A stretch of 63,998 nucleotides of DNA, filler included, from Stramenopiles sp. TOSAG23-3 (taxonomy: Eukaryota), in the NCBI GenBank assembly GCA_900128585.1. It is 4 parts of 4 records of this genome, joined end to end, with 100 filler letters (N's around TTAATTAATTAA, not from the genome) between each part and the next. Parts side by side here need not be neighbours in the genome. Positions count along the whole stretch, not along the records: positions 1 to 16,497 come from LT642485.1; 3 more parts are not named here. One strand, written 5' to 3'. Below are positions 1 to 10,384 of the stretch, piece by piece. The notes under the pieces are model-generated. The model ran no database searches. It was not told the origin of the DNA and saw only the letters and a program-made list of their open reading frames with translations. Position 1 is the stretch's first letter, and every line of letters begins with the position of its first letter. A program made the translations under genes and the position numbers.

Positions 1-80
1 GCCGCCCAGCCATGCCTTCATCGTTTCGGGAGATTTTTCGTTTTCGACCATGTCCATCGCGTAGTCAAGCAGTGCCTGGC
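1..80 (-). other. Fragment of an unrelated coding sequence (PWI-like motif) joined out of frame to the sulfatase fragment
   Basis: A minus-strand frame different from the sulfatase reads GQALLDYAMDMVENEKSPETMKAWLGG and is open to the window edge. It resembles PWI-type helices (L.DY...M.EN.K). Confidence 0.35.
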
Positions 81-927
81 CAAATTATGGTGTTCGCAAG
101 GGTCAGCGCTGATGTTGTAAAGACAAGGGGACCGTGGAAAGTCCTGGTCGCAAATGTTGTCAGAAATGTCTTTGGGTGGCTCACTGCACTTAATGGTTAG
201 TGAATCCGAATAATTCCACGCCTTTCCAGGGGGCAAATACCACCAGTTGTTTCCGTACATAAGATTGGCGTTCCATATTATCTTAAAGTCGCCTTGGCGA
301 AGAGCGTGCGTTTTCAAGTCTGAACCTTCTGCTTGGGCAGCAATGACCAGCTCCGTTCTGACAGAAGGTGCGTGCGGGTCGGCGCTGCTCAGCACGTTCC
401 AGTTTGCAAGCCCATCCCCGTCTTTCCAGGGCATTTCGTTCTCCTTCATCAACACCCGAACCTTCTTATCTGTGGCGCCCGCAGCAGCTTGGAGCAACGT
501 CTTGTACCAGTCTGTGACGTGAAAAAGGCCATTGTTAATGCCCGTCCTCTGCAACCCTTTTCCATGTATAAAGCCGGCGGCTCTAATCCCCCCCTCAAAG
601 GAGGATCCCTTCCCCGAACGGAGCGGGAAATTGTTCATCATATTGTTGTTTGTCCCATTCGGGGGACCGCCATTGTCGGAGCTGTATATAATCAACGTAT
701 CCTCGTACATCCCGGCGCGTTTCAGGGCATCTACAACGGTCTTTATCCCATCGTCCAAATTGCTGACTGTGGCAGCGATGGTCTTTCTCATCGCCCGCCG
801 GGTGCACGTCTTTGATCCGGGGCTGTCATACTGTCCGCAGGTTTCGTTCTTGGGGCTGATGTTATCAAACTTTTCAATGTACGAGTCTGGGGCTTGGACA
901 AAATCGTTGTTTGCACTGTGAGTGGCC
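78..927 (-). pseudogene. Arylsulfatase (ARSB-like) internal/C-terminal fragment
   Basis: Motifs VSNLDDGI..VV.ALK..GMYEDTLIIYSSDNGG, NFPLRSGKGSSFEGGIRA, LFHVTDWYKTL and LYNISADPCEHHNLA. The N-terminal half with the catalytic CxPxR is absent, and similarity stops right after NLA. Confidence 0.85.
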
Positions 928-1516
928 GAAGCCACCGGTGCCGGAATTTTTTTTCCAAATTTTGCGCCGCCCGATACATAAAGAATTCACCAAAGTGGAA
1001 TGGATGTGTCAAGTGCGGAGTTGATGGAACAACGCCGTGTAATCAATGGTTTCGACGAAGACTGGAGGAAGTGGACGTTGACCTAGACGAATGGGACGAC
1101 GACAATGACGACGAAGGTGTCGGTGGACGTTACATTACCGATATACCGATGTACTCAATGGCAACGGGTACATGTCTTCCGATATACCGAAGTACTGTCC
1201 GAATTGTGACAATTTGAACGACGACGATGACGAAGGGCGGGCACTTAGACAAGTCAGCGGCAAGTGCTATTTTGCACAGCAAAGACTTTGTGGTAAATGT
1301 GGTCGTGATAGTGATTGCCGTATGGAATGCAACCAACGTCATGCAAGCGAACTCCGAAAAGCGTGTGGCTTTCGCCGCCTTCGTCAACCCTCCAGATCGG
1401 AGAGGATGAGGTGCGAAAAGCGTTGCACAGGTGGGGTCTATAAGCCTTTCTGTTTACAGCGATGCCTCGGCATCCCAATCTCACACCCGCGTGAACAAAT
1501 CTTCCGACGCCTGTAA
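924..1516 (+). CDS. 5'-truncated Cys-rich multi-peptide precursor, with one frameshift near 1156
   Basis: ORFs 894..1217 and 1172..1516 combine into Cys-rich modules separated by RRRL, RALR, RRLR and RRL sites and Asp-rich spacers. The repeated DIPxY peptide in both frames locates the frameshift. Confidence 0.6.
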
Positions 1517-1551
1517 AGCGAAAGGGAAATACTCCACTTCCAAGTGACCCG

Positions 1552-1665
1552 AACTCAAAAATAGTATATATAAAAAAACTAATTATATCTAGTATGTTTG
1601 AAGACTCAAAAATAGTATAAAAAAAGAAATAGAAACTAATTATATCGTATGTTTTAAGACTCTCA
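1552..1665 (+). repeat. Degenerate tandem repeat, about 55-nt unit
   Basis: actcaaaaatagtata...aaactaattatatc..gtatgttt.aagactc occurs twice. A partial inverted copy lies at about 1895-1930. Confidence 0.75.
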
Positions 1666-2111
1666 AGATTATCCCAATTGTAGAACTGATTTATTTCTGC
1701 AACTAATAAAAATCACAAAATTCAAAGTCGGTCAAAACCTCCTTTGTCGTTCCTACGATAATATTTTACCTTTCGATCTTGTATCACATATATTAGGACT
1801 TATTCTTATCATACTTTGTACTGTACTCGTAGCAGTAAAAACATGGTACACCCATGAAGTAAACACCATATGTAAGGTTTCTAAAAATGATTTGTGAGAG
1901 TCTTAAAGATACATTAGTATTAATTTTCTTAAAATTTACGCACAGCGTGTTTCATTTTCATAATTTACAAAACGCCCACGCCCAAGTTACTTCATTCCCA
2001 ACTGATATTAGTATTTAATTATATGTACACACACAAGTTTGTTCAGAGGATATTCCAACGACGCACCACGTGCCCTACCCTTGCTGAGCTCGGAGCTCGC
2101 AACTCTAGCCC

Positions 2112-2561
2112 CTAATGTTCCTCTCCCGCTGCACTGCCATCCCCTTTGCTCAAACCTAGGTGTTCTCTGGCACGCGTCAGCCAGTCGGGTGATGATACAT
2201 CGAACATTCTCATCCCTTCCTTGTCTGTGATTCCCCCGATCCCTTCGACCTCTGGTGCTTTGGCAGTGAAGGGGTACGGCGCCGTCTGCATCGGCGACGC
2301 GAGGGGGAAACTATCGTCTCCACGGACGCTCTGGCCAGGTTGAAGCGGCTGGAATGGGACCATAGGGACGTCTATATTTTTCATTGGGTTGCTATCGCGT
2401 ACTTTGGAGTAGGGACTGTATGACGTGCCAGCCATCCCCAACGTTTCCACATGATTAACTACTTTCAGCCCGGGCCGATACCTAAGGCCTGTCGCAGACG
2501 TAGCGTCAACGAACACCGCCGTGCAGAACAGGAACGGGACGAACACTACCCTGGTGACCAT
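2112..2561 (-). CDS. Small predicted secreted protein of unknown function (149 aa)
   Basis: ATG at 2561. Hydrophobic N-terminus MVTRVVFVPFLFCTAVFVDATS, then a Pro-rich region. The ORF is a GC-rich island between AT-rich flanks. Confidence 0.7.
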   Translation of the reverse strand: MVTRVVFVPFLFCTAVFVDATSATGLRYRPGLKVVNHVETLGMAGTSYSPYSKVRDSNPMKNIDVPMVPFQPLQPGQSVRGDDSFPLASPMQTAPYPFTAKAPEVEGIGGITDKEGMRMFDVSSPDWLTRAREHLGLSKGDGSAAGEEH

Positions 2562-3534
2562 GCTTCTTGTGATGGTTCTTCTCTCTCTCTCTCTCTCCGA
2601 CTGGTTGGTGGTAAAGAAGCACGAGTAAAAAGGTGCAAAGAAAACAATAAATGTGTACACGTTCCTGTCTACCCAAATACCTCTTTGCTAATACAATCTC
2701 TTTGTTTCATTCTTTCTTCATAACAATTAATAGTTTATACATAAATATAATAGATTTATAAAGGCTAAACTAAAGAAAGGAGGAAAAAATAGAAGAAGAA
2801 GAAGAATGACACTGCTGCCACAATGCTGTACCTATGAATATTTAAATTATATAATAATAGCCTACAGCCTACAGCCTACAGCACCCCCTCCTCTTCTAAT
2901 ATAAACTAAGAAAAAGAAAAGAGAGCATTCATTCCTCTTTCTTCTTTTCTTCTTTTCTTCATTCATTTATTCATTCTTCTTTTCTCCATCGAATCAATAA
3001 ATCAAATCAATCAAATCATCCATCATCAGCTCTTTCTTCTTTCTTCTTTCTTCCTTTTCTTTCTATTTTTTTATTGTATTTATTAAATTATATTAGAGAC
3101 TATACGTATAATAGAGACTATAATATTCGTTTAAAATAAATTGTGGTAATGGAAAAAGAAATAGTATAATTATACTTATATTATTGTATTAAATTATAAT
3201 ATATACCTATATATGGAAGAAAAAAGAAAAAACAATATAAATATACAATTTATAAATAAAACTAAAAACATTATTTTTTACCTATATATAGATTATAGTA
3301 TTGTTTATACTATTATAAAATGGGCGGCCCACAAGAACCAAGAAGGAACGAAGAAAAGAAAAAAGGAAAGAAACGAAATGAAATTAATACAATAAGTATA
3401 CACGTATTTTATAAGAAATAAAAGACAAACTTTGAATTCTTTCTTTTTCTCTTTTCTTTTTCTCTTATCTTGCATATGTATCGAATTGATTCATTGACAG
3501 AATATATTTATATATTTGCATATAAAACAAGAGG

Positions 3535-3888
3535 ATGCCAACTGTCAAGGAGTTAGAGTTTGACGAGGAGGAGTACGAGACCGACTCGGACGAAGAGGAG
3601 GAGGAGGAGGAGGGGGTTTCCATAGTAGAAAGGCTCAAAGAAACTTGCGATAAAATGTACGCCGTTGCTATGGGTCCCGTGGCCGATTATGGCTCAAAGG
3701 GTCTGTGGATAACCCTGACCACTGCTCTTGTTGTTGTTTTTCCAATCGTCTTTGGCGTTGAACGGGAGCACATGTTTCAGGAACAAATGGAACAAATGAG
3801 GCAGCAGCAGGCAGCCGCGCAGAGTGCTGCTGCGCCCGGGGGGGCTCCAAAACCTGCCGCTGGGCCTTCGTTTTCGCCGCTTGGTTGA
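3535..3888 (+). CDS. TOM22: Mitochondrial import receptor subunit Tom22
   Basis: Acidic N-terminus, SIVERL, TM segment LWITLTTALVVVFPIVFGVERE with the conserved W..TT and Pro, and a Gln-rich tail. Confidence 0.85.
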   Translation: MPTVKELEFDEEEYETDSDEEEEEEEGVSIVERLKETCDKMYAVAMGPVADYGSKGLWITLTTALVVVFPIVFGVEREHMFQEQMEQMRQQQAAAQSAAAPGGAPKPAAGPSFSPLG

Positions 3889-4248
3889 TAGTGTCGTTGC
3901 GTGAATGGCCTGACAGCTGCCAACGGCCAGCATGCGGGTAAATGCTAGAAGGAGACCAAGGATTGCCAAATCAATGTTTTTAAATTTGTATTTGTATAAT
4001 TTAGGTAAATTAAAAACACTTGAGAAGACAAAAATAATAAAGTTGACTAATTCGTACAAAGTATGAAAAAAACAAATTATATAGTATGTAAAATATATGA
4101 TATAATTTGTTTTTTTGTAAAATGTATGATACTCTTAATAAGTCACAAGCGTGTAAGGATACATTCCGACGAGTATTGCACTGTCGTGCTTTACACTACT
4201 CTGCCATGCGCCAGGGCCTTTCTCCCATTTCCCTACTGTCATGTCTGG

Positions 4249-5439
4249 TCAGTCACGGTCATGCTGGAAGCCGCTCGAGTACGTGTGCCTCATTCGGAAA
4301 GACTCCCCTGGCTGCAACAAAATTGCCCCTTGCCCCGTGTTCAGGGAGTTGGGCCCTCCCATCCACGGCTCGACGCACATAAACCCAGCCTCCTCGTCGC
4401 CCCACATGACCATGTACAAGTCTTCCGAGTGCAACTCAGCGTGCTTTTCTCCCAGCAGACTCTGGGTCACGGTCACAAACATCATTTCGGACGGGGACAC
4501 GAGAGTCATGCTGGCAAAAGGCCTTTTTGAAAACACCGAGGCTTTGCCCAAAACGTTGTCCGAGAACTCACGCACCGGAAGGCGCACGCTTTTTACTTTG
4601 TCCGCCGTGACCACTTCCTCAGCAGAACGTTTGGCGTGATCGACGCCGTCACCCGAAAGGCACGAGAATTCGTTAAGCTTCAAGTCTACTGTGCTCGTGC
4701 CGCAAAAGTACGCCTCGCTCCAGTCGAAGTTTTTCTTAACAAACGGCAGCTTGAAGGTTGGGTGGGTCCCAAACGAGAACGGGAGCATGGGCATGTCGCT
4801 TTCCGCATCGCTGAGGTTGTTCACCTCCAGGTCCAGGGTTAGCGTGCCCTCCGATACCGTGTATTTTAGAGTTGTCGAGTACTCGAAAGGGTAGCATAAT
4901 TTTGAGTCTCCCGTCACCTTGCTCGAGTCCAACGACAGTACTACGAAGACGCGGTCGGCTTCGACCTTTTCCTCCACCAGCTTCCACGGAAGATGCTGCG
5001 CGAAACCGTGCAGCGGGATTTCGTTTGCTGCCCCGTCTACTAACCCAAGCGTGAACCTGCATGTCCCCGGTTTGGAAGGCTTCGATGGGTTTGCCTTCCT
5101 TGCCAGATCGATCTGTTCGCTGGTAAAATTCCTACCTACTGCAGGCCATAAAACGGGGGATTTTCCATCCCAGCCCTGGGTGGTGGAAAAGTCGTTCCCA
5201 CGGAACAATAACTCCACGAACTCCTCGCGATCGTTCAACCCTTCGGTCGCACCCTCACTGTCCCGTGGCGGCGTCGGCCTGCTCGTATTGATAGCGTAAG
5301 AGGTCAGAATAGCACCGTTTTTAGGGGCAACTGAACAGTGCAATCGAGGTCCACCGAAATGAATCAGAAAAGGTGCCCTTGTATTTTCATTTGGTTCCTC
5401 CGTGCGAAGAAAGTACTCCGACCCTGAGATACCACTCAT
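4249..5439 (-). CDS. Aldose 1-epimerase / galactose mutarotase-like protein
   Basis: Motifs PVLWPAVGR, HGFA, YPFEY, FSFGTHPTF and FMCVEPW. Confidence 0.88.
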   Translation of the reverse strand: MSGISGSEYFLRTEEPNENTRAPFLIHFGGPRLHCSVAPKNGAILTSYAINTSRPTPPRDSEGATEGLNDREEFVELLFRGNDFSTTQGWDGKSPVLWPAVGRNFTSEQIDLARKANPSKPSKPGTCRFTLGLVDGAANEIPLHGFAQHLPWKLVEEKVEADRVFVVLSLDSSKVTGDSKLCYPFEYSTTLKYTVSEGTLTLDLEVNNLSDAESDMPMLPFSFGTHPTFKLPFVKKNFDWSEAYFCGTSTVDLKLNEFSCLSGDGVDHAKRSAEEVVTADKVKSVRLPVREFSDNVLGKASVFSKRPFASMTLVSPSEMMFVTVTQSLLGEKHAELHSEDLYMVMWGDEEAGFMCVEPWMGGPNSLNTGQGAILLQPGESFRMRHTYSSGFQHDRD

Positions 5440-5967
5440 TCCCACGGCACGCCACCTCCACGTCTAATAAGACCAATATCACTTCTCTCACCCAACGCTT
5501 GACCAAACCAAAAACACTCGTTGTTGAATACCTGCGCTCAGTGCAAACTTCTGCATAATCAACATACCCAGCGAACATGTGAGCATAAAATTGTAAAATA
5601 TTTTAATAAAAATATTATTATTGTTTTAAATAAGAGATACAATACCGTACGGGTACCTTCCTGTACCGTATAATAGCATTGGCCGGAAAGTCCGTCCTTC
5701 AACGTACTACTCTTCTCTCCTCCTCATCATCACAAAAAAATGTGTCGATGTACGGTACCGGCACCCCAGGTACCGTACCGGTACCGAAGTATCTGGAATG
5801 AATAGAACGAACAACGAACAGTTTTAAAAAATAATTGAAAGATTTGTTAAACATACAATATAGTATTGGCCATAAAGTCCGTCTTTCCAACTACTACTCT
5901 CCTCAATATATAAAAAAAGGAGAGAAGGCTAACGAATTATCACAAAGTTGAATAAATTACTAGTAAT

Positions 5968-8900
5968 ATGACCAAGGGCGAGGAAAACGGAACAGGGGGG
6001 ATCGCGGGGTCGCCGGAGGTGGCCGCAGTTGATCCGCCGGTGATGGGTGTTGTGCCAGGCATAACAAACACGTCGGAGAAACCTGTCATTGGTTGGTTCA
6101 CCAAAACGATGGTCCACCGCCCATGTTTGGTTCTTGCCGTGAGCATGGCTGCTGCGTTGCTGCTGGTGGCGCTGGCAGCCACGTCGGCGGCCCTGGCGCT
6201 CGGAGCAAGCTGGATGGATTTCAACGATGAGGTGACGAAGCAAGTGCTAGGTTTCAATCTAGCGGCAGCTTCAGTCGGCAAGTCGGAAGAAACAATTACG
6301 TATGGGACACGGCTGTGCATGGCGGACCAACAGTCGATTTCTATGCGTCAGGAAATAAGATTCTACCTCCGTTCCAAGTCGAAAGACGTCCTGTCCGAAG
6401 AGAACATGAAGGCGCAGGAGTATATCGTTTCGGAGTGGAACAAGTTAAAAGTGTGGAGTTCGTTTTGCCGGCTTAGAAACTTAACCGAGAGCGACACGGC
6501 CTGCGAGGACCCCTTGTCGTTCTTTCGGGCCGTTGAAATCGACAACATTGGGACCATGGGCGGTGGCACGAACCTGCCCGTCGTGCAAGCGGTTTGCAAC
6601 AAATGCCACGCGTCCTACAATGACTCGTTCAAATGCCCCAGCCTTGCCCTTGCGAAGGACATGAAGGCCCCGGCGAGCGTGGAAAAGTCCCTCCCGACAC
6701 GAAAGGACATGGAGCCGTACATGAAAAGCATGTGCAAGGTGAGCAAGTCCAAGGAGAACTCTGCCTGCGAGAACGGGATGCGGCAAATCCGGTCCACTTT
6801 AGTAGACATTGGGTGGGACTGCGACTCGCTCAAAGCGGAGTACGCCCAGGTCGTGTTTCGCACGGGGTGGCCGTTCGCAGACTCTAAAAAGGACAACCCC
6901 GACCTCTGCAAGCTCTCATCCGAGAGCAACGAAACCTTTCCGGACAAAATGATGGGGGCCTTTACGGAGTCCTACAGCAGCAAAGCCCTGGCGCACATGC
7001 TGGCGATCATAAAACACGTGGAGACCGATTACCCGGACCTGACCATGGCCTTTGAAGCCCCGTCGAATTTTCGATACGTATGGACTGTACTGTTGAACGA
7101 CGTGGCCTTTGTCGGGATCTCCGTCGTTCTTGTCGCCGTTGTCCTTACTGTGCAAACGGGCAGTTTCTTTGTCATGCTGATTGGTATTTTTGAGATTTTG
7201 GTCTCCTTTCCAATCGCTGCATTTGTCTGGTTCGTAGTGTTTCAGCAGAAGGGAATAACCAACCTGATGTTTATCGGGGTGTTTGTCATCTTGGGCATAG
7301 GCGCCGATGATATCTTTGTGTACGTTGATGCATGGAAGCAAAGCGCCTTTGAGGACAAATCGATATCGGGAAGTCTCGAAACTCGCTTTGCTTGGGCGTA
7401 TCGCAGGGCTGTCGTTGCGATGACGTCCACCAGCGTGACGACATTCTTTTGCTTTTGCATTTGCATCGTCTCGCCTGTGTGGGATTTTCGCTGCTTCGGG
7501 ATTACGTGCGGGTTTATGATTTTGGCCGACTTTGCACTGGTAATGACCTTGTTGCCTGCCGCGGTCCTTATTTCTGAAACGAAGATCAACCCGTGCTGGG
7601 AAAAGTGCTGCAAATCCATAAAAGGAAAGATGGGGAAGTCGGCCGAAGGCGATGCCATGAAACAGCCAGCGGGCCCTAGAAAATTGGAACTCTTTTTTGG
7701 GGGGCCGTTTGCCGATTTTGTGATCAAGGAACGCAAAAAGATCATTGCCGTATACGCCGTGTTGTCAATAGTTTCAATCGCCCTCCCCGTCGCATTCCTT
7801 CGCATGAGCAACGAAGAGTACACTTTCGCCCCCCCCGATCATTTGCTCTCCAGGTCAGGTCTGTACGCCAAAAAATTCCGGCAAGTCAACAGTTTTACCC
7901 CGAGCAAGCTCACCCTGGTCGCAGGGCTGCAGCGCAAGAACGCGTGGAGCCTTGCAGATGCTTACCCCGTAGGGCTTGAAGGGGTGGAAAATTCTGGCCC
8001 ATGGGGCAATGGAAAGTTAAACTTTGACACCGACTTTGACATTGGAAGCAGCCAGCAGCAGTTCAACGACGCTTGTTCTGCATTCCACAAAGCGATGAAG
8101 GAGACGGACGATGCTAAATCGTACGACACTTTCTACAATGTGATGGAGGATTTCGCGGAGTGGGCAAAATGGAAAGGCCACGGGTTCCCTGTCCCTGCCA
8201 GCAATTTTGGAAACTTGATTAGCATATTCAAGACTGCCCCGGATGGGTTCTTAAACGCCAGCATGATGCGTTACAAAGCCACCGGCGAGAGCCCGGGAAC
8301 CTACCGTCAGCTCACTGGATTCATGATGGACGAGGACGACAAAACAAAGGTGAAAGTCATTTGGTGTGGTTTTAATTTGACATCGGTCGATTCTGGATGG
8401 GGTGATCCGTACGGAGTGGTCGATGCCGCCCAAAAGCGGATGGACAAGGCGTTGGTCGTTGCGGAAGAAAAGTCGGGCCTGAAAAATATATTTCACACCA
8501 CCACGAAGTGGATATTCAATCGAATGATAGCCAATACTTTTGAATTTGCAGTTACGTCGTTGGTTATCTCGTACTGCATCGCGTGCCTGGTTATCTTGGC
8601 AGTGACAGGGAACTGGCGGGTGACTCTGATTTCTTCATTTGTCTTGCTCTCTATTATCTCGTTTTCCCTCATGGGCTTGGTAATCTGTGGTTTTTCCATG
8701 AGTTTGAATGAGTGCTGTGTCATTTTGGTGGCGGCGGGAATGTCAGTGGATTATCTTCTCCACATGTCACACAGCTTCAACCATCAGCATGGGAACAAAC
8801 AGGAGCGTGTGAGGAAAGCCCTTCGGGAGATGGGGATTAGCGTTTTCAGCGGTGCTGTGACGACTCTCAGCGCCGCGATTTCCCTCTGCTTTTGTGTCTT

Positions 8901-9111
8901 TTACATTTACTCTCGCCTGGGAATTTATTTGATCTGGCTGATCGTGTGCGCGTTCGTGTACAGTGTAACGGTGCTGACAGCTCTGTTGGCCGAGTACGGG
9001 CCAAACGATGGCGAGGGCTTGCTCCCTTGGGCAAAGGCACTCTTTGCAAAACAAAAGAAGGTTTCACCACGGCCGAAGGACGTGGAAATGGCGGAAGTGG
9101 CAAAGGAGTGA
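5968..9111 (+). CDS. Dispatched/Patched-family sterol-sensing RND transporter
   Basis: 1+5 / 1+5 TM architecture with two large luminal loops. GIGADDIFV (TM4), AMTSTSVTT, GMSVDYLLH (TM10) and GISVFSGAVTT. Confidence 0.92.
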   Translation: MTKGEENGTGGIAGSPEVAAVDPPVMGVVPGITNTSEKPVIGWFTKTMVHRPCLVLAVSMAAALLLVALAATSAALALGASWMDFNDEVTKQVLGFNLAAASVGKSEETITYGTRLCMADQQSISMRQEIRFYLRSKSKDVLSEENMKAQEYIVSEWNKLKVWSSFCRLRNLTESDTACEDPLSFFRAVEIDNIGTMGGGTNLPVVQAVCNKCHASYNDSFKCPSLALAKDMKAPASVEKSLPTRKDMEPYMKSMCKVSKSKENSACENGMRQIRSTLVDIGWDCDSLKAEYAQVVFRTGWPFADSKKDNPDLCKLSSESNETFPDKMMGAFTESYSSKALAHMLAIIKHVETDYPDLTMAFEAPSNFRYVWTVLLNDVAFVGISVVLVAVVLTVQTGSFFVMLIGIFEILVSFPIAAFVWFVVFQQKGITNLMFIGVFVILGIGADDIFVYVDAWKQSAFEDKSISGSLETRFAWAYRRAVVAMTSTSVTTFFCFCICIVSPVWDFRCFGITCGFMILADFALVMTLLPAAVLISETKINPCWEKCCKSIKGKMGKSAEGDAMKQPAGPRKLELFFGGPFADFVIKERKKIIAVYAVLSIVSIALPVAFLRMSNEEYTFAPPDHLLSRSGLYAKKFRQVNSFTPSKLTLVAGLQRKNAWSLADAYPVGLEGVENSGPWGNGKLNFDTDFDIGSSQQQFNDACSAFHKAMKETDDAKSYDTFYNVMEDFAEWAKWKGHGFPVPASNFGNLISIFKTAPDGFLNASMMRYKATGESPGTYRQLTGFMMDEDDKTKVKVIWCGFNLTSVDSGWGDPYGVVDAAQKRMDKALVVAEEKSGLKNIFHTTTKWIFNRMIANTFEFAVTSLVISYCIACLVILAVTGNWRVTLISSFVLLSIISFSLMGLVICGFSMSLNECCVILVAAGMSVDYLLHMSHSFNHQHGNKQERVRKALREMGISVFSGAVTTLSAAISLCFCVFYIYSRLGIYLIWLIVCAFVYSVTVLTALLAEYGPNDGEGLLPWAKALFAKQKKVSPRPKDVEMAEVAKE

Positions 9112-9449
9112 GAAACGTAAAAAAGACAAATTAAAAACTACACAAATAAAAAAATGCGTGTGTGCTATTCTGCTTTATTTAGTTTTTTAGTTGGAAACTG
9201 GAAACAAAAAAAAGATACAAAAGAAGAAAGTGTTTCAAATGTAAAAGAAAGAATTATACAGGAATGTTTAAAACAAGAAAATTGGCTGTTATTTAAGAGT
9301 GTAATTAAAAAACAAAATATATAGGTTTTAAGACTCTCATTTTAAATCAATTACTAATTCAAATCCAACCCTAAAGTGTTAATTAAAATTTTAATTGGAA
9401 TGTTTATATTTGTTCAGACACACAGCTGGTAAACAGGGTTACTCCTTCT

Positions 9450-9760
9450 TTGGAGCGCATACTTTTGTACTCCTTGAACCGTTTCAACTCGTCTTTTTTT
9501 AACTTTCTCCCCAACATATCGCGATGGCGCATTTGTCGTCCCTGCTGCCGCAAAGGGCTGGGTACCTGGCTGAGAGCGTTTCAAGCCGAGTGGGCAACCA
9601 ACCCGTTGGATAAAGAATTGGAGCTGAAAGAGATTATAGGGTCCCGGAAGAGGTAAATGCAATGCTGAAGGGGGAGGTTAAGAAGCTGGAAAACGAGATC
9701 AGGGCACTGCGGGAGGAGTTCAAGAAGCTGAAGGGTGGGGAAATAGGTGGGTACCAGGTA
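9450..9760 (+). pseudogene. Possible decayed coiled-coil gene fragment
   Basis: GC-rich island reading LDKELELKEIIG in one frame and EEVNAMLKGEVKKLENEIRALREEFKKLKG in another. Confidence 0.35.
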
Positions 9761-9945
9761 CGGGTACCTGGTACGGTACAGGTACGTACCAGCAATTAAA
9801 TATTATACCAGGTACCTGTCCCAAAATAATATTATAAATAATAATATTATATTCGTCTAACTTATTTTTATTTTTAATTATTTATTTGGTACGACGAGGA
9901 GAGAGTATAATACCAGGTACCAGGTACCGGTACCTGTACCAGGTA
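9750..9945. repeat. GTAC-rich palindromic cluster
   Basis: More than ten GTAC cores, including gtaccaggtac-gg-gtacctggtac (9751-9774) and caggtaccggtacctg (9921-9936). Confidence 0.8.
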
Positions 9946-10384
9946 TTCAATACCGTATACTTTTGTAGGAATTATTTTTTTATTATTATTATTTTATTAT
10001 TTAATCTTTTTTTTTTTTTACATCATACCATTATACAAGTATCCACATCATACTACTGGTGGTATTTTATATTTTATATTATTATTAATATTATTTGTCG
10101 TCGTTATTACCAGTAGTTCGCGTAGTAGTACGTCCGGCACACTCTCGCACGAAATACCTAACCCTTTCTTCTTTGTGTTATTGTTACATACTTGTAAGAA
10201 ATGTTTAGAGGTATCATCTTCCATATATATGTCTATATAATCTTCACGTTTGTATGTTTATTTCTTTATTTGATACACAACAATTTCTGTTCAAATTGAG
10301 AATAATAATCAGAACATTTTTGCACGGTGGCTTCGTCGTATAGGAGTTCTTGAACTGTGTTTGTACAACGACGACGACTGCCCA

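Noticed and set aside
940-1012. Minus-strand FFMYRAAQ resembling the sulfatase FLYLAFQ motif
   Set aside because: Out of frame, the 35-nt gap to the sulfatase has no GT-AG ends, and the plus strand gives a coherent Cys-rich module. Probably coincidence.
2040-2114. Open reading beyond the TAG of the secreted protein (readthrough or alternative code)
   Set aside because: Only about 23 extra codons. TAA, TAG and TGA all terminate conserved genes normally in this window.
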